This document shows positions 36,324 through 51,293 of a stretch of 64,000 nt of DNA, piece by piece. The stretch covers positions 859,362 to 923,361 of the forward strand of contig NIVC01000035.1 in the NCBI GenBank assembly GCA_002269645.1, written 5' to 3'. Position 1 is the first letter of the stretch. Each line of letters begins with the position of its first letter. The position numbers and the translations under genes are program-made. Below the pieces are notes generated by a model, which ran no database searches, was not told the DNA's origin, and was given only the letters and a program-made list of their open reading frames with translations. The DNA is from Macrostomum lignano. Taxonomy: Eukaryota.

Positions 36324-37367
36324 CTGTTGAAAGGACTTAAGAGAATTTTCGATCTGACCTTTGATTATTATGCAGCGTTGACGTCTCAGACTGTTATGGT
36401 TACTGCTGCACAAACTTTAAGTAGAATAGCATTGAGACAGCATTGAGGCAGTTTAGCGAGATAAATATCCAAACAAAAAATGTAACGACTTTATTTTATT
36501 TTTTATTTTATTTTATTTATTTTTATTTTCAACACATTTTAGTTGCCGTCTTTCGACTAAACTGCCAAACGGCTACGCTATAGTTTAACCTACAGGAAAC
36601 CGACTTGTACAATGTTCGTAGCAATCACAAGCGGATTGGCTTCTTGGCCGCTTAAAGACGGACATCAACTTTAGCATCGGGACTAGCAATCTACTGACAT
36701 TGAAGGCAGGCTAAAATAACTGGAAGCGGCAAAGCAATTTAAAATCCATTGTATTTGGAGCTAAAGCAGAGACTGTAATTACGAGCGCATTTTTCTGATC
36801 GAAAAGAATGTCGTCAGTTCTACGACAAGCAGGTAGGTTTTAGATAATGAGACACACAGCAAATATGAGACCTTCAGCCCTGCAGTCAGCCAAAAAAATT
36901 AACTTTGCGCTGCCTCTCCTAAACTGGGACACCCCACTGCCTCCTCTGCCCCTTGCACTGACCTCCCACTGTGCGCCTGTCAACTAACCTGAGACCAAAG
37001 CAACCATATCTAACAATAAATAAATTAATAGTAGTAAGCATTATAAGCCTGTTTTTTTCGAAAAGTGCCATTTCATTGTGACGATAATAAATAGTTCCTT
37101 TTATTTGTTCAAAAGAGACATTACAGCGTCGTCTTTCGACTAGCTAGGATAGTTTAATTGTGATACTTAAGGACTGTGTAGTTCCGCAACATTCGTCAGA
37201 AGAGTTGAACAAAGCCAGAGGGCAGTAGCAAAAGAAGCACGGGAATATTGACGAGAAAAGTTTCGGCGGATCCATCGCCCAGACTCACGTGAGTACACGT
37301 CGGGTGATAAAGGGCCTACGAAAATTTAGCCTGCATTCACAACAAACATCTTGAGCTCATCGGTGCG

Positions 37368-37577
37368 TCATTCGAACGGCGACACGCACTCGCACAGCCC
37401 GTTCCTTGACCCTTGTTGGTAGGCCTCACCGAGACCAAAGTAAGCAAATACTGCGTCCTCTTTGCCTCCTCTGTTGTCGGGCTCTTCGCTGTTCCACAGG
37501 CTGGCGTCCAAGCTGATGTCGCAGGCCACCCAGCGCCAGCCTCCGTCGGGCTCCGCACTGCTCGGAGTCTGGAGGCC
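37368..37577 (-). pseudogene. 3'-only lectin fragment E
   Basis: Reads QTPSSAEPDGGWRWVACDISLDASLWNSEEPDNRGGKEDAVFAYFGLGEAYQQGSRNGLCECVSPFE*. No upstream homology beyond ~37577. Confidence 0.82.
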
Positions 37578-38697
37578 AGCTCACTGGGCAATGAAGTAAA
37601 AGGTAACCTGCCACTAATTAGACAGGCTAAAGTGGCAGCAGGTTCAATAGCCACAGCAGTAAAAGGGGGGAATTGATGCAGCCAAATCTGCAGGAGAGCT
37701 CAGACGAATGCGAGAGTTTAACAAGACTTTAGAATTGATACGAGCTAGAAGTGGTCAAAGACCTGAAAAATTCAATACCATCTGCTCTACAATTGGAATA
37801 GAATAGAATTCATAGAGGTCGAAATGTTGAACAGTATGTTGGTTCGTTTACATTCATAGACTCAATCGAGACTCAAATTGCTGCGAATTAAACTATTCAA
37901 ACCTTTAACAATGTCAGCAATATTTGGTGCCAAGAACAAACCCTGTTTGTAAACTTTTGCGTCATTGTACCATGTGTTGTTTTTTAAGCTTAATCTCAGC
38001 GTCCTTATGAACTTGTAGGACCAATCTCATCACAATGACATCATAGGTTAGTTTAACAGGAATTTTTTTGTTGTCGTAAAACATTTTCCAAGAAGTAATC
38101 ATAAGTATCTCAACACCCTGTGTTCCTACGGTAAATGGAAATTGCCTCAGCTGCCTCACCTTTTTATTTGTAGTAGAACTTGTTATTAGCTAGGATCAGG
38201 GTCACAGTAGGGCCATTCGACCAACCTGTAAAGTCATTAAGATAAACATGATAATTCGCCTCAGCATCCAATTGAATAGGCTGTTCTATTTTTTTCTATG
38301 AAAATTCCGTTTGATTTAGTAATTCTTCCAATAACAGTAACTGGAATGCGTGTCTTTGCGTGGGAGACAACATTATTTATTATTCTTTCGATTATAGCTT
38401 CCATTTTTCTAACCTACTATTTAGTTTTCTTTTTTTAACCCAAACTTTACTTGACGAGTTGTTGATCATATTTAGCTTTATTTTCCTCTCATATTGACCA
38501 GCCTTGTATGGTCAGCTCAGCTCCTGTTCAAATTCCTTGATCTCAATTTACTCTAGTGAACCTAAATGTGTAGCTAACGAATTGTCAACAGAATAAAACT
38601 ATTACAGAAACAACTCATAAATCTCAAAGGTAAAAAATGTCTACAGACCTAAACTGTGGGTTCTTAGCAGCATCGTTTGCACCTGCAAGAGGATAGT

Positions 38698-43293
<4,596 letters not shown>

Positions 43294-44134
43294 TACATCT
43301 TTCTTTTTTTGTAACTGCGGTCATTCACATTTCCCTTTTGCTCATTGGGATTAAGCCAGCTCCACTCCCCAACTGGACGAAATCTGGGTTCTCAAAGTTG
43401 ACAAAGTTAGCTATTCTCTCCATCTCTTTGCTTCCATTCGACACGCTAAACTCTTTGAACATGTACACATAGAAATTACTGATCAGTGCGAAATATGCAT
43501 TGTGCTTATTTTCTTCTTCTTCTGCCTTTTTTATCGCCTTGTGGCGTAGGTCCCTAAGATTTCATCCCGTCTTTCCGTGCGCAGCCTCTCGTGACGCGCA
43601 ATATTCGTCGCCGACAGCATTCTGTCGCAGTATTTGCATCGCGCTTGTTTGCCCTTGTAAATTCTCGCCTTTCGGTGTCACACCTTCCTCTCTGTTGATG
43701 TTTTTCTCTTCTTTCCTTCCGCCACAGGTCCTCGTGGGCAGTGCAAAGTTCGACTTTGAAATTTAGCTACCGCACCGCTTACCTTCTTTTTTGGTGCTGT
43801 TCATGCCGCCTCCCTGACACCATTTCTCGTGGTTCTTTCTCGTGGCTTTGCTCTTGAAGACATCGCTCCCGCACTTCCCACAGCTCATTCTGAACGTCGA
43901 CTCCCTATGGCATCTCTTTTGATGAATCGCGAGTCCACCACGTAACCTGCATATCTTGTCGCACTCTGGGTAACGGCATCTGTAGCCGGTCAGTTTGTTC
44001 TCAACTTCGGCCACATGTTCAGCTATTTCTGCTCGCCTTCTTTCCGTGCTTTTCCTCGCTTTCGAACTACCTGTCTCTTCTTTTGAAGACTTCCTTCCAT
44101 CCCAGTCTGTCCTTCACAAGGTTGCCTACTTCCA
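43294..44134 (+). repeat. 841-bp direct repeat, copy 2
   Basis: See copy 1. Confidence 0.92.
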
Positions 44135-44420
44135 GTGTATCCATCTTCCCCGATCGTAGCAGTTTATTCCAGTAAGCGATGAGTGTCTGTATCTTCTTCT
44201 TCGCTTTACGTACTCCTTCTTCGTTTTTTTCGTTTTGCTACTCCACACATATCTGTACTGACGGTCCATTGCCTTCTGCTCTGCCTGGTTATTTTCAGCA
44301 TTCTTCTGACGCTCGTCCATGCCTTTGTTCCTCCTTTGCAACCTTTGCAGTCAGTCTAGGCGCCTGCAGCAGAATCCTCCGTATTTTACTATGGGTACAT
44401 GCTGTTAGCCATGACAAAAT
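43500..44420 (-). mobile_element. Decayed 3' remnant of an older retroelement with tandem C2H2/C2HC-like zinc fingers (partly duplicated at 38900-39538)
   Basis: YRCRYPECDKIC...LAIHQKRCH, CGKC...NHEKWC and CKYC...RHE in broken frames. The RTE-like assignment is tentative. Confidence 0.4.
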
Positions 44421-44621
44421 TGAGTCATTTTTGTAAGCAAAGGAGAATAGACACAGAAATAGAAATAGACCTAAGTGACGAAAGTATTTATTACACGAAG
44501 CTACGTACAAAAATAGACTAACGCCATCTGATTGGCGGGGTCTAAAACCATAGCACACTGGCAAGTGCCAATAAACAAACGGGCAGGGGTAAAGCGATAG
44601 CGCTAAAGAATGATTAGTCAC

Positions 44622-44654
<33 letters not shown>

Positions 44655-45408
44655 GGAGGGAGAGAGCGAGAGAGAAAGATTTATGTATGTAAGAAAGATT
44701 TATGTATGGTGTCCAAACGGACAAACTCCCACTTCCAGACCGCAAGTCTGGGAACAAAATTTAGTCATCACTTACTGTCGCGGGCTCTTCTTCTTTATTG
44801 GACAGACTCTTCGAGCTCGTTTCCTCCGGAGTTTCTTGAATTTTGAAGTCGGCCGAGTATGATAGCACCTTAGTGAACGTAACAGTTTAATTTTTCGACG
44901 TCAATGTATTCCTCGAGATCAGTAATCAAAATCAGAGATGCGCTCTAATAATAAAATCAATTAGCTAACAAGAATGGTCCTCCGGAAAGGGCGTCTTCTT
45001 GTAGAAATAACGGAATCGGAGTCTGCCGAAAATGCTTGCGTTACCTTACTTAACAGTAGCATTTTATGAATGAATGAAGAATGAACCTCTACACAATTTA
45101 CCGCTAGACCGTAGCTAGATCCAATGACGACCGTAAAGCCGATCTGTAAATCTCTTTAGTTCTAATTGATCGGCGACCGCCCTGGCGCATCGAAAAAGCA
45201 AGGACAACTTAAGTAGAAGGACGCAACACTCGAAATGTTTTGAAGGCAATCGATACAATTTTCTAATATTGATACAATCAATTTTTTAGAATTAATACAA
45301 TTTTTTTATTTCGGATGCTTGTCTTATTCAACTGTCTCGCAGTCAGAGACGCGAGCGAGGCATGCCAATCAAATTCTGATCCAAGATTCCTTCAAGTGCT
45401 TTTAACTG

Positions 45409-45547
45409 TCAGCTGAACGGAGACAGGCACTCGCACAGGCCGGTTTTGACTGCATTGAACCAGCAAGCGTCTCCCAGAAAGGTTCGGGCGGAAACCGCGT
45501 CCTCGGTGCCTCCGTAGCGGTTGTCGGGCTCTCCGCTGCCCTACAGG
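45409..45547 (-). pseudogene. 3'-only lectin fragment F0
   Basis: Translates L*GSGEPDNRYGGTEDAVSARTFLGDACWFNAVKTGLCECLSPFS*. Confidence 0.82.
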
Positions 45548-46717
45548 TCAATTGGAAATGGTTGGTAGGCCCAAGCCAAAGGTAGATCGAGGTGAGAGTT
45601 AGGGTTAAGCCACATGGCTTAAATGGAGGCTTCGATGCCAAAGCTCACCAGAACTGCTGATATCTTAGGCTAAAATCGATAGCTGGCTTTCAGGGTTGAT
45701 GCTCTTTTTGCTTTAAAAGTCTCAGTTTCGATAGGATACTTACAACAGCGAATGTACTCGGTGAAAAGCTCTAACTCGTATAGTTTTCATTCCTTTCTTT
45801 GTTGCCAACTAAGGGAGCAGATTGATGGTTAATTAATGCTACTAAAATTGGATCAATGGCCAAGGGGTATCAGAGATGCCTTCCAGATGAAGATATCCAC
45901 TGGATGTACGAGTAAGTGGCTTGTGTCTGCTTAGTGAGAACTATTTTACCAACAGCCAGTTGGCTCACAGCTGGAGGTTCCGAAACATCCCTAGCTAATT
46001 GAATAGCTTACTGATATGCCTGCACGGATGGGAAAAACTAGACAATCTATGCAGAGAATATTCAGAATAGCCTTTGCATATCTCTTGTTCTACTTATGTC
46101 TTTATGGTAAAAGAAAAAATGGATATGCCTTTGTCGTTCGCTTTCAGTTTGGCAATAGCTTTTGAGTTCTAAATATTGCCAAAGGGTTATAAAAGAAAAA
46201 TCGATAGTCAGCTCATTAAATATGCGGCATGAGGTTCCCTCTCTGCAGCCTGTTGCTGTGACAGATGAAGCTACGCATTTTATCATCCGTAAATTTTCTC
46301 ACACATGAAACTTCATGAGCCTTCTAAGATGAGAATAAGTCGTATTGAAAGCTAAATTATCTGGTTTTAACATGCTGGTTTGAAGCATGCATTAAATCTC
46401 GTCGGCTGGGGTGCCACGCAGAATGACACGCAGAGTTTGGGATTGCTAAGAACATTGAGCTAGTCAGTATCCTGTAGGTTAGACTATAGTGTTGCCGCTT
46501 GGCAGTTCAGTCGAGAGCCGGCGGCCATGTTGAAAATCGCATTTAAAATCAAGAAAAATCGATATCATTTTTTTCATTTTGGATACTTGTCTCATTACAC
46601 TGTCCACTATATTTAAAGTTTGTGGAGTAGTAATCATAACAATTTAGGACGCCAACGGTGCTTAGGTCGTAGTAATCATAAAGTCCGATCTAAAATTCTT
46701 TTAAAGTTTTTTAACAG

Positions 46718-47458
46718 TCAATTGAAGGGCGACAGGCACTCGCACAGGCCGGTTCTGATTGCATCAAAGCTGGCAGCGTCTCCCAGAAAGGTTCGGGCAG
46801 AAACCGCGTCCTCGGAGCTTCTGAACCGGTTGTCGGGCTCTGCGCTGTCCCACAGGCTGGCATCAATGCTGATGTTGCAGGCCACCCAGCGCCAGCCTCC
46901 GTCGGGCTCCGCACTGCCCGGAGTCTGGAAACCGCCGACCCACATGGCGACGCCACCAGCCTTCGTGCTGTAAACTTGTCCGATGGCAGCCAGCTCGGCG
47001 CTGTCGATCACGTCCGCCATGATCACCAGACCGCTCTCCGACTCGCACCTCTGTCTCTGCACTGTCCAGGTGTTGGTCGTATTGAAGAGCTTGTACTTCA
47101 CTCCGCAGTGGTCGTCTCCGAAGTCGGACGGACACAGCGCACCCGGCTCGAGTCCCGGCTGCTGCTTCACGAACACTCGGCCTCTCCTGGAGCAGCCGCA
47201 GTCCCTCACCGACTTGCTGCACTTGTCGAACACGAACAGCTGGCACGGACCGTCAGCCAGGCTGAACGCCTGACAGCGCGGCTCCATGCTGCAGAGCAGC
47301 GAGCACTCGACGCTCAACTTTGCCAGGGGCTCGTTTCTGACGAACTCTGGCCGGATGCAGAGCGAGCCGTTGATGGCGTGGAACACCTGGCCTGGGGACA
47401 CAGCGGGTGAGCTCAGCAGCAGCAGCAGCAGCAGCGACACAACTTTCATTGATGTCAT
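46718..47458 (-). CDS. PAN + C-type lectin paralogue F (246 aa)
   Basis: Intact ORF; loop EPDNRFRSSEDAVSARTFLGDAASFDAIRT. Confidence 0.88.
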   Translation of the reverse strand: MTSMKVVSLLLLLLLSSPAVSPGQVFHAINGSLCIRPEFVRNEPLAKLSVECSLLCSMEPRCQAFSLADGPCQLFVFDKCSKSVRDCGCSRRGRVFVKQQPGLEPGALCPSDFGDDHCGVKYKLFNTTNTWTVQRQRCESESGLVIMADVIDSAELAAIGQVYSTKAGGVAMWVGGFQTPGSAEPDGGWRWVACNISIDASLWDSAEPDNRFRSSEDAVSARTFLGDAASFDAIRTGLCECLSPFN

Positions 47459-47824
47459 GTTCGACGCTCTCAGTTTCTATGTGGCTTGGAATTTGTTAGC
47501 TGCAGTTTTGGAGCTGAGTTGAAAATGATGGAAAAAATCTTTTTGCACAAAGAGACGCACTTTATGGCCGCCCTGATGTTTACAGCCTCATTGAGCAGCT
47601 CTGCTCTGGCCAATCGAAGGGCTCTGCTTTAATTTTTGGACCTGGAAATTTCGCCAATTGGCCAAACGGATGAGCTGCATGAGCTGCAGTCGCCTACAGA
47701 CCAAATGTACAGTGTTGAATGCCTGCTCCAGTCTGGCGAGCAGGTGGCTGAGACCGAGCTTCTTCAATGCCAGCAATGGTCACTGGGTCCATGAAAATTG
47801 ACTGCCTACCTTAATCTTAATTAA

Positions 47825-49143
47825 CCTCTTCCTGACGAATTGAAAACAAGTCATCTGAATTGCGAACGGGTGGCCTGCATTGCAGGCCATAGAAGAAATT
47901 CTAATTTTGTGAACCTTCTGATCTCCTCACTTAAAGACGGATGGCCTGCTATGCAGGCCATGGCTGCAGGCAACAACGATTTTGTCTATGGGCGTGTTTG
48001 TACTCAGTGTCACAGCTCCTGACTGAAAATTGTACTGGAGTTCTCACTGCATTGACAGGTTGAATAATTTTATAGTTATGTCATATACAGTTGGTTGGAC
48101 TGTCCGCTAAAGACCTGGAGTTTTAGGAAATCTTATGAATGTGGTTAGGAAATTCACTGTAAAAACCTAGCATAAGAGCTTGGATTTTGTAAGAGTTGGC
48201 ATACAGATGCGAGTAGTTATACATGGCATCACTCAACGAAGAACCAAATTTTGAGCAGTTGATGTCTGATGACGAGGATCAAGATAGCAGCGATTCCACT
48301 ACTGACTCGTCCGATGAGGCTTCCGATCTAGACAATGCATCCGTGGATGAAGAAATAGGTGGCTGGCAACGCGTCGTACCCGGAGAGAATGGTTTGCAGG
48401 AGCCAGATTCGGAATTCATGGCGACCTCTGGCTTGCATCCGGATTTGGTGGCGCCAGCTGATCCAGACAACAATATTCAATGGTTTTTCGACCTATTTTT
48501 AACTGACGCGCTGATGAAAAATCTGTGCGAGAGGACCAACAAGAAAGCTTGGTTTGAGTTAGAAAGGTTTCAAGCTGAAGAGCCAGCTGAGGTGCCACCA
48601 ATCTTGAAGACTTGGAAGAATTGCACATTGAACGAGATCAGGAAGGTGATAGCGACCAACTTTTTCATTGGGCTGAGCAAGAAGCCGGAATTGGACCTTT
48701 ACTGGTCTACGGACCCGTTCGACCAGTGCCCTTTCATGCAGCAACCTTCAAGCTTGTCAAGAGATCGATATAAACAAATCATGCACTTCCTGCGCTTCTA
48801 CGACTGCACCGCAATCGCAGACTTGAACGACATTCTAAGAAAGATTCGACCGTTTCTTAGAATTGTGCAGCTGGCAATGCAGAATACTTATTTGCCAGAG
48901 CAGAACATCTGCATTGACGAATCGCTAGTGCTGTACAAAGGACGCCTGATTTTTCGTCAGTACATACCAAGCAAGCGAAACAAGTTTGGCATCAAAATGT
49001 ACCGTCTATGCGAATCCCAGACAGGGTACATGTGGAACTTTTTAATTCACAAGTACGGATGCGGAAAACGGAAAATTTGGACAAGGGCTCCCCAAGGCTT
49101 AGTAAGTCTTAAGAAAGATATTTACCCGATGAAAACGTTTTGA
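47825..49143 (+). mobile_element. Truncated piggyBac-family transposon
   Basis: TTAA (47821-47824) followed by cctcttcc. ORF 48223-49143 has an acidic N-terminus, FFDLFLTD, SRDRY, and CIDESLVLYKGR...FRQYIPSKRNKFGIK. The C-terminal half and right TIR are absent. Confidence 0.88.
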
Positions 49144-49212
49144 TAGTAACTGCATATCAAATGCATATTTTTTTGAACGGGGGGGCAATGAAGACAGAAT
49201 CTAGCTACCAAA

Positions 49213-50565
49213 TCAGTCAGTCAGTCAGTCAGTCAGTCAGTCAGTCAGTCAGTCAGTCAGTCAGTCAGTCAGTCAGTCAGTCAGTCAGTCAGTCAGTCAG
49301 TCAGTCAGTCAGTCAGTCAGCCAGTCAGTCAGTCAGTCAGTCAGTCAGTCAGTCAGTCAGCCAGTCAGTCAGTCAGTCAGTCAGTCAGTCAGTCAGTCAG
49401 TCAGTCAGTCAGTCAGTCAGTCAGTCAGTCAGTCAGTCAGTCAGTCAGTCAGTCAGTCAGTCAGTCAGTCAGTCAGTCAGTCAGTCAGTCAGTCAGTCAG
49501 TCAGTCAGTCAGTCAGTCAGTCAGTCAGTCAGTCAGTCAGTCAGTCAGTCAGTCAGTCAGTCAGTCAGTCAGTCAGTCAGTCAGTCAGTCAGTCAGTCAG
49601 TCAGTCAGTCAGTCAGTCAGTCAGTCAGTCAGTCAGTCAGTCAGTCAGTCAGTCAGTCAGTCAGTCAGTCAGTCAGTCAGTCAGTCAGTCAGTCAGTCAG
49701 TCAGCAGTCAGTCAGTCAGTCAGTCAGTCAGTCAGTCAGTCAGTCAGTCAGTCAGTCAGTCAGTCAGTCAGTCAGTCAGTCAGTCAGTCAGTCAGTCAGT
49801 CAGTCAGCCAGTCAGTCAGTCAGTCAGTCAGTCAGTCAGTCAGTCAGTCAGTCAGTCAGTCAGTCAGTCAGTCAGTCAGTCAGTCAGTCAGTCAGTCAGT
49901 CAGTCAGTCAGTCAGTCAGTCAGTCAGTCAGTCAGTCAGTCAGTCAGTCAGTCAGTCAGTCAGTCAGTCAGTCAGTCAGTCAGTCAGTCAGTCAGTCAGT
50001 CAGTCAGTCAGTCAGTCAGTCAGTCAGTCAGTCAGTCAGTCAGTCAGTCAGTCAGTCAGTCAGTCAGTCAGTCAGTCAGTCAGTCAGTCAGTCAGTCAGT
50101 CAGTCAGTCAGTCAGTCAGTCAGTCAGTCAGTCAGTCAGTCAGTCAGTCAGTCAGTCAGTCAGTCAGTCAGTCAGTCAGTCAGTCAGTCAGTCAGTCAGT
50201 CAGTCAGTCAGTCAGTCAGTCAGTCAGTCAGTCAGTCAGTCAGTCAGTCAGTCAGTCAGTCAGTCAGTCAGTCAGTCAGTCAGTCAGTCAGTCAGTCAGT
50301 CAGTCAGTCAGTCAGTCAGTCAGTCAGTCAGTCAGTCAGTCAGTCAGTCAGTCAGTCAGTCAGTCAGTCAGTCAGTCAGTCAGTCAGTCAGTCAGTCAGT
50401 CAGTCAGTCAGTCAGTCAGTCAGTCAGTCAGTCAGTCAGTCAGTCAGTCAGTCAGTCAGTCAGTCAGTCAGTCAGTCAGTCAGTCAGTCAGTCAGTCAGT
50501 CAGTCAGTCAGTCAGTCAGTCAGTCAGTCAGTCAGTCAGTCAGTCAGTCAGTCAGTCAGCCAGTC
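49213..50565. repeat. (CAGT)n microsatellite, ~1.35 kb
   Basis: Nearly pure tetranucleotide array with only a few interruptions. Confidence 0.98.
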
Positions 50566-50606
50566 TACCACCAGTTTTCACCAATCCACAAGTGTACTCA
50601 TTTTAG

Positions 50607-51293
50607 TCAAACGGCGACACACTCGCACAGCCCGTTCTTTGTCCTGGGATGGTAGGCGTCACCAAGACCAAAGTGAGCAAAGATTGCGTCCTCTTTGCCT
50701 CCTCCGTTGCTGGGCTCCGCTCCGCCCCACAGGCTGGCGTCGAATCTGATGTTGCAGGCCACCCAGCGCCAGCCTCCGTCGGGCTCCGCACTGCCCGGAG
50801 TCTGGAAGCCGCCGACCCACATGGAGACGCCGCCAGCCTTCGTGTTGAAAACTTGTCCGATGGCAGCCAGCTCGGCGCTGTCGATCACGTCCGCCATGAT
50901 CACCAGACCGCTCTCCGACTCGCACCTCTGTCTCTGCACTGCCCAGGTGTTGATCGCATTGAACAGCTTGTACTTCACTCCGCAGTGGTCGTCTCCGAAG
51001 TCGGACGGACACAGCGCACCCGGCTCGAGTCCCGGCTGCTGCTTCACGAACACTCGGCCTCTCCTGGAGCAGCCGCAGTCCCTCACCGACTTGCTGCACT
51101 TGTCGAACACCGTCAGCCAGGCTAAACGCCTGACAGCGCGGCTCCATGCTGCAAAGGTTCGAGCACTCGATGTCCGACCTGGCTCGAGGCTCGTTTCTGA
51201 CAAACTCTGGCCGGATGCAGAGAAAGCCAGACACGGCTTGGAACACCTGGCCCGAAGACACACCGGGTGAGCTCAGCAGCAGCAGCAGCAGCA
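50607..51293 (-). pseudogene. Lectin paralogue G, 3' part (split by a retrotransposon)
   Basis: LLLLLLSSPGVSSGQVFQAVSGFLC..., a ~17-nt frameshifting deletion at ~51110 and a 2-nt deletion near the end; loop EPSNGGGKEDAIFAHFGLGDAYHPRTKN. Confidence 0.87.

Noticed and set aside
37575-37600. Splice acceptor making fragment E an alternative 3' exon
   Set aside because: The upstream ccttttacttcattgcccag is followed immediately by TGA in the lectin frame.
49140-50606. 488-aa SQSV-repeat ORF and other repeat ORFs (8460-9698, 20422-21225, 34253-34808, 63278-63990, 2483-2932)
   Set aside because: They are open only because the tandem-repeat unit lacks stops in some frames; there is no evidence of coding function.
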